From contig JAAOMT010000553.1 of assembly GCA_016748015.1 (NCBI GenBank), positions 152,923 through 216,922 on the forward strand: 64,000 bases of DNA, given 5' to 3'. Within the stretch, counting starts at the first letter, position 1; every line of letters begins with the position of its first letter. A program made the translations under genes and the position numbers. The notes below the pieces were generated by a model. That model was not told where the DNA came from and made no database searches. It saw only the letters and a program-made list of their open reading frames with translations. Source of the stretch: Geosiphon pyriformis uo1 (lineage: Eukaryota > Fungi > Glomeromycota). Positions 26,931 to 40,459 of the stretch are shown here, in pieces.

Positions 26931-27575
26931 GTTTTATCTGATTAAAGTTTTGATTATACTTTTTTTTTGCTTTTTAATTCTATTATATTTAATAACAAAA
27001 AAAATAATATTTTTTTAACTTATATTTTACAAAGTTATAAAAATACTATACTTTAAAATAAATTTATAGTGCTTAATTAATATTATACAAATAATAAAAA
27101 CCAATTAAAAACTGTAAAATATTTTAAAAAAAATGGTTTTTTATACATAAAACAGTCTTTAGTTTTAGCTTGGATTAAAGATAAATCAAATTTTTGTTTA
27201 TAAGCAAATACAATATATAACTTAATTAACAAGTATATATGTACAATATGTAATTCTGACTTTGATAAAACATTTGTTATTTTTGTTCAAAAGACAAAAT
27301 TATGTGAAATAATACTTATTAAAAATATAATTCAAACTACTAACATAAAGTTTTATAATTAATTAAATATTTTAGAAAATAAGTGCCAAAAACTATTCAA
27401 TAGTTAGTGTTACAAATAAACTTGGTAGGATAAAAAAATGGTAATGTTTGGTGTTCTTAATTATTGGTAATGCATGTTTCATGTAATTTCATTAACTTAG
27501 TCTTGATTATCAGTCTCTAAAGATCTTATTTATTAGTTGTGAATTTATCTATTAAGTTTTTTGGTTATAAAGCAC

Positions 27576-28500
27576 TATTACAGATGATTATTTGGAGTCT
27601 TAAATCAAATAACAAAACCCATAATTTGGTGCTCAAAAGCTTATTCACAATGATATGGATCTAAAGGTATTGTTATCTAAAGATTTTGGTTGAGTCTTTT
27701 GTATAATGAACAGAGATTCAATAGTTGTTTATCCATAGCTTCCCAGAATCGCAATTCTGTTAATTTTTTTTTTCAGTTTGATGGCTGACAATCCTCTGGT
27801 AAGTAATTTATATTCTTTACGTGCTCTACCCACTTGTAGAAATCTTTTACCAGGCAATTTTTAATGTTAATAATTCAGCGCTTAATCCTTAATCAATTAG
27901 TAAACCCAAAGAAATAACAAAAAAATAAAAAAAAAATAAAAAAAAATAAAAAAAATAAAAAAAAATAAAAAAAATAACCCAAGACAATTTGTGCATTAGT
28001 ATTCTGTTAATAGCTGTAATTAAGAGCTATTGTTTCAATGATGTTAAGTATTAATTACTATCAACATAAAGTGTTGATAGTGAGAGTAGATTAAGATAGC
28101 AAATAATTATTTATTTGATATTTGTGATGTGAAAGGTTGTTTAGATCAAATCTAAACTAAAAGGTCTTTAACTAAATAATTTTGTCTTTTCTACTTCTAG
28201 CACTACTGCTATATATACATAATTAAGATTTCTCAATTTCTCAATTCTTTACACCAGGAATCCTAGAATTCCTGGAATCTTACAATTCTTTTGAGAGGAA
28301 TTCTGCAATTCTGGAATCCTGCAATTCTGGAATCCTGCAATTCCTTGTATAAGAATCCTGAAATTCCTGGAATCCTGCAATTCCTTTGAGAGGAATTCCA
28401 CAATTTTTTTGAGAGAAATTCTGGAATTCTATATTTACTACAGTTACTTTTGATTGGCTAATTTATATGCTAATATACTTTCTATATTCTATAAGTAATA
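27576..28500 (-). repeat. 3' LTR of element A
   Basis: Direct repeat of 36856-37730, preceded on the minus strand by the PPT (aaaaggagagaa, 28504-28515). Confidence 0.95.
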
Positions 28501-28513
28501 TTATTCTCTCCTT

Positions 28514-29143
28514 TTAATATTGAGCTCCATCAAGATCTCCTAATTCTAATTCTCTATTTTTGAATATTTCTTGAACTTCTTTTTCAAGAATTACTTGTGT
28601 TATCTTGTTCTGTAAGTCTTCAAATTGAGCATTAGTTATTTTTCCCATTTGGTTAATGATAATAGAATTTATTTCTGGATTGAATAAGATTTCTGGTCAA
28701 TCTTAAAATCCAGTATGTAATCAATAAATGGCTCTTGCTTGTGTGGTCAAATTGTTCTTCCCCACAAATTGTTCCAGTTGTTGTAGTATTGTTGTGTCAA
28801 ATAATTATTTTGTTTTATCTGTATACAAGCCCTGAATGTTCAAGTATTGTCTCAAATAAAAGTAACAAAAGTTTCTTGAAAATTGTTGTATCCACCAATT
28901 CCAAGTTTCTATAGTCAACTCTTGGTATTGGGTAACTTTTTGTTGTGTTTCTATTGCCAATTTTACCTTTGTAATTATTTTGTCAACAGTGTTTTTTGTT
29001 TTTCTCTGTATTTTATCTCGTGATTTTTTTCTGGTGTTTGTGTATTTAATAGTTTGTTGGTTAATTGTAATTTCCATTTCTTGTTGTTGGATCAGTTGGA
29101 AGAGTTGTTGTATTAGTAAGTAAATGTTGTCAGTAATCTCCAT
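28514..29143 (-). pseudogene. ORF3 of element A (209 codons, internal stops), homologous to ORF3 of C/D
   Basis: Single frame MEITDNIY...YFYLRQYL...ARAIY*LHTGF...NPEINSIIINQMGKITNAQFEDL...DGAQY*. TATATAAAAG lies about 35-40 nt upstream. Confidence 0.75.
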
Positions 29144-29219
29144 TTTTTGCTGTCTTTTGTCACATATATTGTGTCTTTTATATACTCCTTGGTTATTCAA
29201 TTTTACATGTTTGGTTTAA

Positions 29220-32200
29220 TAATTATAATTGGTTTTAGATCTCGTAGAATTTCATCTGGTTTGACTAGTATTCTTTGTACTCCCAATTGTGAAATATTAC
29301 TGGTAAATAATGATGCTTTATGGTAATATTGTTTCAGTCAATTACTATGTGCTGCTTTGGTTAAGATTTTGTTGTTCAACCTTAATTTATAAGCTCTATT
29401 TCCAAAAATTTCTTCTATGTGAAATGATCCATCTCATTTGGGATTGAATTTTCTACTTTATTGTTTTTCCACTTTGGTATAATGTAGAAGTACTTTGTCT
29501 CCAATCTTAAATTCAACTAGTTTCTCTGGTAGTTGGTTGTCATGTTTTTCTTTTTGTTTTTCTTGTGACTTTTATATGTTATCAGCTGCTCTTTACCTTT
29601 TGTTTTTTAGTGTTTTCATTAAGTTATATGTTCTTCTCAACAATGTTCTTTGGAAATTCTCTTCTGTTATTGGTTTTGTTGGATATGTTTGTACTTCTAT
29701 CTTCACTGGTAGTGTCACTGTTCTACCGTATACTAATTCAAATAGTGTTGTTTGTGTAGTGTCTTGCTTCATTGTCTGATAAGCAAATAATACCAATGGT
29801 ATAAACAAATTCCATTCATCTTGATTTTTTTGGCTGATTTTGGCAATTGCTTCACACAATGTTCTATTGAATTTTTTAACTAATCCATTGGTTTGTGAAT
29901 GGTATAGTGATAACAATGGTCTTTTGATTCCAAATTTTTGACTTAATTCTTTTAATATTCTATTTACAAAGTGAGTTCCTTGATCTGATAATAATTCTTT
30001 TGGACATTTGTGTTGACAAATTAAATCTTGATAAACAAATTCGGCAACAGATTCTGCATCTGCTTTTTGAATGGCTTTTGCTTCTGGCCATTTTGTGAAA
30101 TAGTCCATGGCTACTGCAATATATCTGTTGCCTCTACTGGTGATTGTTAATGGTCTGACTAAGTCAATTCCAATTTAGTTGAATGATTGTCCTACTTTAA
30201 TTGGTTTTAATGGTTTGCTGGGTTTTGTTCTACCTCTTTTTTGACAAGCATCACAATTTTGAACATATTAGATGATGTTTGGATACATTGATGGCCAATA
30301 GTATCTTTTTCTAGTTTTTTCTATGGTTGTTTCTTTATAAACATATCCTGCTGTTGGATCTGAGTGCATGTTGAATAATATTGTTTCTTTCTCTGGTTCT
30401 GTAATTACTCTGGTTGGTTGATCTGGATTTCTTTTGTTCTTCCAGTAAAGTATATTTTGGTGATTAATAAAATATTTTGGTTGTTGTTTTATGTTGTTTT
30501 GTTTTTTTTGAGATAATTTCTTCTTGAACAATTGGGTATTTATATAATGTTGAAGTTGTTGGTATTTTTGTATATTCATGTTTTGTTATATTTTTGGGGT
30601 TGAAATGTTTTTAGATTTGTCTCATTCATGACAAACCGTCAGCATTTCCATTGTCTCTTCTCTTTTTATAATGTACTGTAAATGTATATAGTGATAGTGC
30701 TATTTTCTATTTTGCATGACAATCATCTCCAAATTTTTGCTTTTAGATTGAAGTCAATTCTTTGTGATTAGTGTACACATCAAACTTTTGACTCAAGTAT
30801 TCTTTCTATTTGGTAACAGCCCAATAGATAGCTAAGTGTTCTAGTGCTGGAGTTCTATAGTTCTTTTTAGCTAGACTTAAGCTTCTACTGACATAAGCTA
30901 TTGAATGTTTTCTTTCATCTGGTCTTTTTTGTAATAGTATTGCTCCTAATGCTTGACCTGATGCATTAGTGGTGATAATGAATGGTTTGCTGTAATCTGA
31001 ATATATCAACACTAGAGCTTGTATAAGCTTTCTTCTTAATGTGTCGAAAGTTTTTTGCTAAGCTTCTGTCTATTTGTACTTCACATTTTTGGTTTGTAAA
31101 TAATGGAGTGGCTGGACCAGTTTAAAAAAGTCTTTGATAAAATGACAATAATAGCCTGTGAATTCCAAAAATGCTTTTAGTTCTATTAAGTTGGTTGGTA
31201 CTAGAAAGTTCTTTACTATTGCAATCTTGTCTGAATCCATTTTAATATCATTTTTGCTTATAATATGTCCTAAAAACTTGAGTTCTGTTTTTCCAAAAAA
31301 ACATTTGTTTGTATTTAACTTCAATTCTGCTCTTTTCAACCTTTCAAACACTTGTTGAAGATGACTTAGATGGTCATCAAATGTTTTGGAAAACACATTT
31401 GTGTTGTCTAAGTAAACAACTATGGATTTCTACAGTAATTCAGTATAAACAATTTCTATGAGCTGTTGGAATGTTGTTGGTACATTTATCAAGCCAAATA
31501 GCATAACTTCAAATTCGAAATTCCCTTCTCATGTTGTAAAAGCTGTTTTTTCTTTATCTTTTGACTTTATGGCTACTTGCCAGTAACTGCTGTTTAAGTT
31601 TAAAATTGAGAACCATTTCTTTCTTCCAAAAGCATTGAACAGTTCTTGAATCTTTGGAGTCAGATAGTTATCACCTTTAGTTACCCCATTTAGTTTCTGA
31701 TAATCTACACAAAAACAGATCTTTCTATTTTTCTTTCAGACTAGTATTACTGGTGATGATCATGGGCTCATTGATGGCTGAATTAGTTTGTTGTCAAGCA
31801 TCTAGTTGATTTCTTGATGAATGATCTCATGGCTGACTGGTAGTACTTTGTATGCTCTTTGTTTGATTGGCATTGCCTCTTCAGTCTTAATTTGGTGCTG
31901 GATTATGTTAGTTCTGCCAAATTTATTTTCACTGGCAAAGATGTTATTGAAATTGTTGAGTAACATTTTGAGTTGTATCTGTTGAAATGAGTTTAAGTTT
32001 TCCAAGTTCATCTGTTTCAATTTTTCTGGTTAAAGCTAATAACATTCTTCTTATCCATATATTGTTTGAGATGTGATATCTACATATTCACACAGTTGTG
32101 GAAAGTCTGGAATGGAATTTGGTGGTTGTTCTTCAATTTCAGTGGTTAAATATCCAATAATGATCTCTTCTGGTATCTCAATAATGTCTTCTGTGTTGTT

Positions 32201-35200
32201 GTAAATGAGAATTTTAAGGTGACTGTGATTTTTGGCTGGTATGTATAGATTGACTAATTCAATCTCTCCTGATTTACAAAGTGTTGCTTCTGCCTCAAAA
32301 ATCTGAACCTAATCCTTTACTTTTTTTTTTATAGTTATCATGTACTGGTTATATAGTAGAATGGAAATTAATTGATGAGTGGAGATAATTTCTCTCTTAT
32401 TAATAACCTCTTTTTCTGCCATATTGACTGGTACATCTATTCTACCTGTTGATCCGAATCTCTGTATTCTTTTAGCTGTAATCCCTAATTTTTCTTTGTT
32501 TTTTACTGATACTAATTGAGTTATTTTTACCAGAGACAGAAATATTGTTTGTACTATCTTTTTGTTTGGCTCTATGATATAAGTCTTTTCTGAATTATTT
32601 TGTAGCATTGTAATGATATTTTCTACATATCTTGCATTAATTATTCCTCCTTTGATGTTGATTCCTCTTTTTATTAAACTACTCCTAGATGCTAATTGAA
32701 CCATAGTTGTTGCTGAAATTTCTAGTGCTATTTTGAGATCAATGCATGTGTGCAAATGTGGTTCCAATTTGATGGCATCTTTCTCTGGATATCTCAGATT
32801 AAACTCTGCATCTGTATTATGCACACATTCTGGCATAATGTCTTTATTGTTGTCACTATACCATCTGAGTTCCTGTTCCTTGGAGAGATCAGAAAGCATA
32901 ATGTATGTTTTGGGATTTGAATCTGAATCTGAATTGCTATTATTTTTCTTGTCATTTTAAGCAGAGCTGGAACCATTGTTTTTATCGTTATCATTGTCAG
33001 AGTTTGAATTAGAATTGAAAATTGATTCCAATTCCAATGTGCAGCTGTCATTTGGTCTTTTTTCCTTTGGAATTGTGTAGATCATGTATGGTGGTGAATT
33101 GTAAATAAGGTCACACTCATTACAATATTGAAAGTTACATAGAATTAGGCAGTGTTGACACAATCAAGTATTTAATTGCTCTAAGTATTGCTCTTGCTCT
33201 TCTCTTATGGGTGCTAATTCTTAGTAGTGTTCATGAAATTGTTCTGGATTCAGGAAGTTTATGACTGGTTTCAGGTTCCAGTCAAGTTCTATGAGTTTAG
33301 GTGAGTTATTTTTAATTGTTCTTATTTTTTCTGGTAACACTCCTTCAATTTTGGCAAGTGCCATTTGCCAGATTTTGTTGTCGTCATATGGACAGCCATT
33401 CAGATGTTTGATTGCTTGTCTCCAGACAGTGTCTATGGGTGTTTTCTTTCTTATCCAGTCACTTATGAGAATCATGTACTAACACAATTCATCACATGTT
33501 CTTCCTTTCTCAGGAATATCATTTCACATTCCTTCATTGAGGAGAGTTTCTCTACAAGCCAAGCATGACTCATTATCCTATTTTCCAACTCATTTTGGTT
33601 TTCCAAAGCAGTCAATAAGGCATGAGTGGCAATAAAACTTAGTTGCCATTTGGTATTCTTCATCATCATCACAGCATACATCCATTGATAATAATTTCTT
33701 GTCACAATTAACACATATAAGCTTTGGTCAGCAATAAGTAAATTGTTGTGGTATAATATAGGTGTAGAAGTTATAAGTGGTAGTGTTGGTGGGTGTTGTT
33801 TCTTCTTCTTTCTCTTTTCTTTTTCTCTTGTCAGTTTCTTTCCACTCCTATGTTAATAATTTATTTGGATCATTGTCAGTTCCTTAGGGTTGGTTGGTAT
33901 TTCAGATAAGTTCTTCCCTTTGTTTTCCTTTTTCGTTGTTATCTCCAGAGAGTATTGGTGGTAACTTGTTGTGGTTTTTATTAGCCCAAAAGACTTGGTA
34001 GGCTTTCCAAGTAGGTTTTTTCTTTTTTTTCTTGAACTCAATGAGTGGTGCTGTCATGTTGGTGGTCTTGAAATGACCACATGTGGCTGGTACACATGTG
34101 TATTGACCATTCTGGCTGAGTTGGAGCTCTTGTGTGTTCCAATCAAGCATTGCATTGGTTTTGAACAGCCAATTGTTATCAATAAGTACTTGGTATTAAG
34201 TTGTTTTCATAACTAATATCTTGATTGGCATGATAATACCATTGACTTCTATAGAGAAGTCATCAATCTCACCAATCAGAGTTTTGGTCACTCTATCAGT
34301 AGTAATAATTCGCACACTGGCAGATCAATTAACTCGGTGACCTAATTGGTCCATGAGTTGTCTTGTGATGATACTGCCAGCTGATCTACTGTCTAGGATC
34401 AGTTTGATGGAGTGGCCATCAACTTTAGTATCAGTGTACATGGCAGTAATAGATTTTTTTTCAAAAGCAGCTTTACTAAATAATGGTATGGTTGACAGTT
34501 CCTCGAGTTCAAATGGGAAGATGGCATCTTGTGATTTGTTCTCAGTAATGATAACTGGTAGAATATTGCTGATAAGTATTAATTGTTGGTTGGTTTCTGG
34601 ATTATTGGGTTGGGCATCTTCTGGAGTAACCAAGAAACTTAAATAGTGTTGGAAATTTGGGTTTTGGGCATGCTCAGTTTCTGAATTCTGAGAATGTAAT
34701 CTTAATTGTTGTATGGAAGAGCTGGGAATCAGTTGGTGAACAACCATCACTGATCTCCAATTTTGAGTAACTCTTGATTTAGAGTTTTCTGATGTCATTT
34801 GAGCTAAGTTAGGTGGCAGTGTTTGAACTGCAGGTGTCTGATAAATTATTTGTGGCTGCAGTGATTGATATATTACTTGTGGCTGTGGTTGATAAACTGG
34901 AGGTTGATATATGGGTGGTTAATATATTGCCTGCTGTATCATTGACAGGTAAGTGGACTGATATTGTTCTTAATTTGAGTAATAATTTGGGATTTGAACT
35001 CTGTAATCAGGGTTTTGGTATTGATTTCCCAATTGTAAATTACTATAAAAATGGCAGTTAACTCTAATGTAATCTTGTTTACCACAGTTATGGCAGACTC
35101 ATGTCTCTGGCTGCCACAGCTGATTGGATGATAATAATGAATATGACTGATTTTGGAACCAATTTGCATTTCTTAAATTATTGTATTGTTGTAGTGATTG

Positions 35201-36800
35201 ATAAATTGTGCAATTGTTAGCTAAGTATTCCTTGATCTTCTGATTGATCGAATCACTAAATTGCTTTAGTTTGAAATTCAAGTCAGATGATCTGTTCATC
35301 ATTAGATTTATGGCTTAGGCATAGTTAGCTTTGAGTTTAGCTGCTTTAAAATCTTTAGTATTTGTAACTGCAGCTTCAAGGTCTGCTGGATGCATTAGGT
35401 GTATGTGCTAGAGGATGCTACTGTGCAGTTCTCTAATGAATTGATTTAGGATTTGTGGCACTGTAAAATAATCAGTCTGTATGGCCTGAATTTGGTGCAG
35501 ATTTCTGTGGAAACGTCCTAAGTAAGTGGTAACTGCTTTATTTTCTTCTTGTTTAATAGTAGTAAAAGTATTTGCTAGGCAATTGATATTATTATTATTG
35601 CTAAAGTATTGTAGGAATGCAAACTTAAATGCATTGAAATCCTGAGGTTTGTTGGCTAAGCTTTGATACCATGAATTGGTAATATTCTGGAGAAAATAAG
35701 AGATGGCTTGCATGGCTCTGGCATCATCTCATCTGTTAGCTGCAATGGTTTTTTCCACATCATTTAGCTACACTTGAGTGTCATTCTCTTCACTGGTGAA
35801 TTTTTTGAGTTTTGCAATTGGAGCATAAGCCATTGGTATAATCAGTTGTTGGTATAGTGGTTAAAGTTGTTATTGTGGCTATTAAAGAGGCTGCTGTGGT
35901 TGTTGAAATGGTTGTTAAATAGGTTGCTGAAGTGGCTAATGTTGAATTGGTTCAATAATCAATTCAATTGGTGGCTGATCAATAACAATTACTGGAAGTA
36001 AGTTTTGTTGATTAATTACTTTGGGGTTTGAATTGTTTTGAGTTTGCTGGGTTTGAATATTCAGAGTTTCAACTTCCAGATTTTCTAGAATTGGGGTTTG
36101 GTAAGTAAATTCCTGATTCTTACTTTCTTCTTCTTTTTCTGATTCCATTACTTCCCATGGACTTGCAGTTCTGAAATCTGGTTGAGGTAGTGGTGATTAA
36201 AATTCTGATGGCATTGGTGATCACAATTTGAATTCTTTAAAATATTTGCCATATGATTTTAACAACTCTGCTCTTCTTTGTTTACTTTAAAATGAGAATT
36301 GTCCAAAGGTTGATGTCATGTTTGATGTGAACGCGTCTGCTGTAGAAATATTAATGGCACTTTCTGGTGTATAATGATATGATAGATTGGTTGGTAATTC
36401 AACTCTGGTTTTCTTTTAAGTGAATAGTTGTATCTTTTTAGGTGTTACTGCTGGTGTTTGCAATCTTCCTTTGTTTTTGTCTACATAGGTAATGAGAAAT
36501 TGTTGTTGAGTGTACTTTTCAATAGTTTAATTAATTTCTTTGATGATTGGTATGAAACTGTAGTTTCTTGGAAAACTGGTATATTGAAATAATTCTGTAT
36601 AAAAATTTTCTTTTGCAGATTCAATGTTAACTGTTCCTCCTAAGCAGTTTGTGATCCTATCATTGACATAAAAGTTAAAGGCTAATTCTGTGGGAAAATG
36701 ATTATTGTTTAATTCTAATTGTTGGCTGTACTGTTGAAACAAAAATTTGGCAAATCCTAAATGGTTTGCTCCTATGATTTCTGATTCTGCCACTTTTGGA
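29220..36800 (-). pseudogene. gag-pol: gag-pol of element A (many stops)
   Basis: Capsid-like 35408-35810; knuckle CHNCGKQDYIRVNC (~35060-35095); PR LILDS (34325-34798); dUTPase (32309-32899); RT YLDN; RNase H; integrase DYFTKWPEA/SDQGTHF. Confidence 0.92.
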
Positions 36801-36836
36801 TAATTGTTGTTGATATTGGTTCTTTGTAAGATTATA

Positions 36837-36853
36837 CCTTACAGGGAGCACCA
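36837..36853 (-). promoter_or_regulatory. Primer-binding site TGGTGCTCCCTGTAAGG
   Basis: Begins with TGG (complement of tRNA CCA) 2 nt inside the 5' LTR boundary. Confidence 0.8.
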
Positions 36854-36855
36854 AA

Positions 36856-37730
36856 TGTTACAGATAATTATTTGGGGTTTCAGATCAAATAACAAACTCA
36901 TAACTTGGTACTCAAAAGCTTATTTGCAATAATTTGAATCTGAAGGTATTGTTATCTGAAGGTTTTGGTTGAGTCCTTTGTATAATAGACAGAGATTCAA
37001 TAGTTGTTTATCTGTAGCTTCCCAGAATCGCAATTCTGTCAATTTTTTTCTTTAGCTTGATGGCCAGCAATCCTTTGGTAAGTAATCTATATTCTTTACG
37101 TGTTCTATCCACTCACAAGAGTCTTTTACCAGGCAATCTTTGATGTCAATAATTCAGTGCTTAATTTTTAATCAATTAATAAACCCAAAAAAATAACAAA
37201 GAAATAAAAAAAAAATAAAAAAAAATAAAAAAAATAAAAAAAATAAGCCAAGGCAATTTGTGCATTAGTATTCTGTCAATAGTTATGATCAAAAGCTATT
37301 GTTCTAGTGGTGTTAAGTATTAATTACTATCAACATGAAATGTTGATAGTAAGAGTGAATTAAAATAGCAAATAATTATTTATTTGATATTTGTGATGTG
37401 GAAAATTGTTTAGATCAAATCTAAACTAAGAGATCTCTAACTAAAAAATTCTGCTTTTTTTACTTCTAGTACTACTGCTATATATACATAATTGAAATTC
37501 CTTAATTCCTCAATTTTTCACACCAGGAATCCTAGAATTCTTGGAATTCTGCAATTTTTTTGAGAGGAATCCTGGAATTCTGGAATCCTGTAATTTCTTG
37601 TACAAGAATCCTGAAATTTCTGGAATTCTGCAATTCCTTTGAGAAAAATCCTGGAATTTCACATTTACTATGGTTACTTTTGATTGGCTAATTTATATAC
37701 CAATATACTTTCTATATTTTATAAGTAACA
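36856..37730 (-). repeat. 5' LTR of element A
   Basis: TGTTA...TAACA termini; adjacent to the PBS. Confidence 0.95.
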
Positions 37731-38444
37731 GCACAAAGGTTTGGCTTTTGTTAATTGCAACTTCTTATAAATGTGAGTTATCTTTTTTGAGCTAACAAGT
37801 ATAGTTGTTAGGGTCTGACATTGTTTTTTCGCCCTTCTGGTAAGCTATCAAGATAATATTAATATCCAAAACTTAGGAAGAGCTTTTCTCTTTTACCAGA
37901 CTATCATGAAGTTTATTCTTAGACAGTCAATTTTACTATGTTGCTACTTTACAAGAGGAAATAAAGAAAAAAATAAAAAGAAAAGAAAAGAAATAAAAAA
38001 GAAAAGAAAAATAAGAGAAGATAAATTAGTATTATCAATTACCATGATCAAGAGTGATTGGCCCAAATTGTTAATGGTTCGAGATAATTATGCTAAGAAC
38101 ATCTGTTCTGAAACAAAGATATGAAACAATAATTAATTCATATAAAGTTTACAAAGTTTGAAAACATGAATTTGTGATTCTGATTTCTTAATAATCGATT
38201 TATTTCAGAATATAAATATGGAATAAAATAAATAATAGAAGAGATAAGGATATTTGATTCTTGTTTAGTGATTCATATTCCTTTTGTTATTTTTTTTAAT
38301 TTCTACAATTATTCATTTTTATATATTTTTTTGGTTTTACAAGATTGCTTTTAATTATTTTGTTATTGCTAACTATTGCTTTACTATTTTTGTTATTGCT
38401 TTGTTTTTCTATATTATTTTTAGTTATCCTATATTATAACATGT

Positions 38445-39305
38445 TGTTATGGGTAAACTTAGTAAAGTATGGTAATAACATTTGATGTTCTAATTTAGTA
38501 TTCTAAAGTTGTATGTTTTTTACAGAGTTGATGTTTATCAGTTTTTAAAGGTCTTTTCTGAATGAAAATTTACCCGTTGAGTTCTTTGGTTATAAGGCAC
38601 AGAGTTTTGGTTTTTGTTGATTACAACTTCTTATAATGGTGAGCTTTCTTTTCCAAGCTAACAAACACAGTTATTAGAGTCTGATGTTGTCTTTTTGCCC
38701 TTCTGGTAAGCTATCAAGATAATGTTAATATTCAAAAACCTAGGGGGAGCTTCCCTCTTTTACCAGGCTATCACAAAGTCTATTTCCAGACAGTCAATTT
38801 TTCTATATTGCTGCTTTACAAGAGAAAAATAAAGAAAATAAAAGAAAATAAAAGAAAAATAAAGAAATAAAGAAAATAAAATAAAATAAGAAATAAATGT
38901 CCTGTTAATAGCCATAATTAAGAGCTATTGTGCCAGCAGGTTAAGTAGTAGATAATAATATGGATTTGAAAAATTGAAGAGATATTTTATTAATATAATT
39001 CTATTTTAGTTGATAGCAACTATCCTTGAAAAGAAGAGTATTTAATAATTATGGTCTGTGAGTCTAATTGACTTCTAAAAGTCTAATTTTCTTTCTGAAT
39101 GTCTTTTTAACTTCTACAGCTACTTATTTTTATACATTTTTTTTGTTCTAAAGGATTGCTTTTGATTGTTTTACTATTGCTAGCTATTGTTTTATTATTG
39201 CTAGCTATTGCTTATTATTGCTAGCCATTGATTGTTATTGCTAGTTATTGCTTGCTATTGCTAGCTATTGCTCATGTTTGTCCTATATTACTTCGAGTTG
39301 TAACA
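38445..39305 (-). mobile_element. Solo LTR B' (paralog of B, distantly related to the A LTR)
   Basis: TGTTA...TAACA termini, colinear with B. Contains a 'ttattgctagctattg' tandem tract (39170-39270). No TSD found. Confidence 0.75.
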
Positions 39306-39376
39306 CATTTTTTTTGTTACATTTTTTTGTTACATTTTTCTATGACTTTTTGGTTTTTCTACTTGGATAACAACAT

Positions 39377-40459
39377 TGTTACCAGAGGTTTTTGGTCTCT
39401 TTTTTTGAATGTTGTTAATGTCTGTTTGTTGTAAATTCATGTTTTTTAGAAGTAATTGAACCTTCAATAACTGAATTTATCTTTAAATTATCTCCTATAA
39501 TTTGAATTGCTGGGTTTATAAGTAGAATAGCCAATTCTATGCCAGTTACTTTGTGTAGTTATGTTGTAGTAAATGTCAACTCTTTCCTAAGAATTGTTCA
39601 TCTGGAAGCTCACTAAAATGTGTAGTTACTTTGTTATAAAAGTCAACTCTTTTACAGGAATCTTATTTGTAAGCTATCATAATGATTATATTATTAAAAA
39701 AAAAGAAATGTAAAAGAAATGTAAAAGAAATAGAGTTGTGTCAAGGAAAACATTTTCTATTCAGGCCTAGAGTCATTAACAAATTACTGAAATTGGTAGC
39801 TAATCAATTTCAAAATGTTAGTTGTGTTGAGAGAATTTCAAGTGTAATGATTAAAGAATTTGTTTTTTTCAAATATTTTTATTTTTATTTGAGATGTAAA
39901 AAGTGATTTGTTCCAATTAAAATATCTAAAATAAGATACTATGATCAGATATAAAAAGCTACATTTTCTTGAAAAAAAAAGCTCTTCTTTTATATAACTT
40001 GTTGTAGTACCGGGCTTTTTTCTCCTCACTCTTAACAGTTAACTCGGTGGCGGTTATCTTGGCGAGTTCTTCTTCTCATATATTCTTTTGTAATATTAAC
40101 TTTTCAAGGTTTTTATTGAGAGTTCAGTCTTTGAACTTGTACTTTTCTCTTTGTTACAATTTTGGTAAACTAAAGATACATTTCAGTGAACTACAAGTTA
40201 TTTCACTGAACTATTAATTATTTCGGCCAATTTTCATTAATTTTAATGAATTTTGACTCTGTTAAATGGTTCAAGGTATTGTGTAATTTGATCATCTTAA
40301 TTTCTATGGTACAAATTGAATTATTGATTAAGTAATAATATTTAATAATTTGATTAAATAATAAGTGATATTCAAGATAATAATAATATATGCTAATTAA
40401 TAATAGGAATTATAAGGGTAATTTCATGCTAATTAATAGCTAAAATTCTACTGGTAACA
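39377..40459 (-). mobile_element. Solo LTR of the C/D family, inverted, TSD ACAT
   Basis: Reverse complement of the C/D LTR; ACAT at 39373-39376 and 40460-40463. Confidence 0.92.

Larger units (their letters stand above)
27576..37730 (-). mobile_element. Element A: full-length degenerate Ty3/Gypsy LTR retrotransposon, TSD GCAC
   Basis: LTRs at 27576-28500 (3') and 36856-37730 (5'), PBS and PPT present, GCAC at 27572-27575 and 37731-37734, domain order gag-PR-dUTPase-RT-RH-IN. Confidence 0.95.
27408..38441 (-). mobile_element. Solo LTR B (27408-27575 plus 37731-38441), split by insertion of element A
   Basis: TGTTA...TAACA termini. The two halves join into a sequence colinear with intact LTR B' ('ggttataa(g)gcac|a.ag.tttgg'). 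Confidence 0.8.

Noticed and set aside
37906-39906. Short ORFs inside LTRs (37906-38124, 39228-39434, 39682-39906)
   Set aside because: Low-complexity LTR tracts, not conserved as ORFs between LTR copies.
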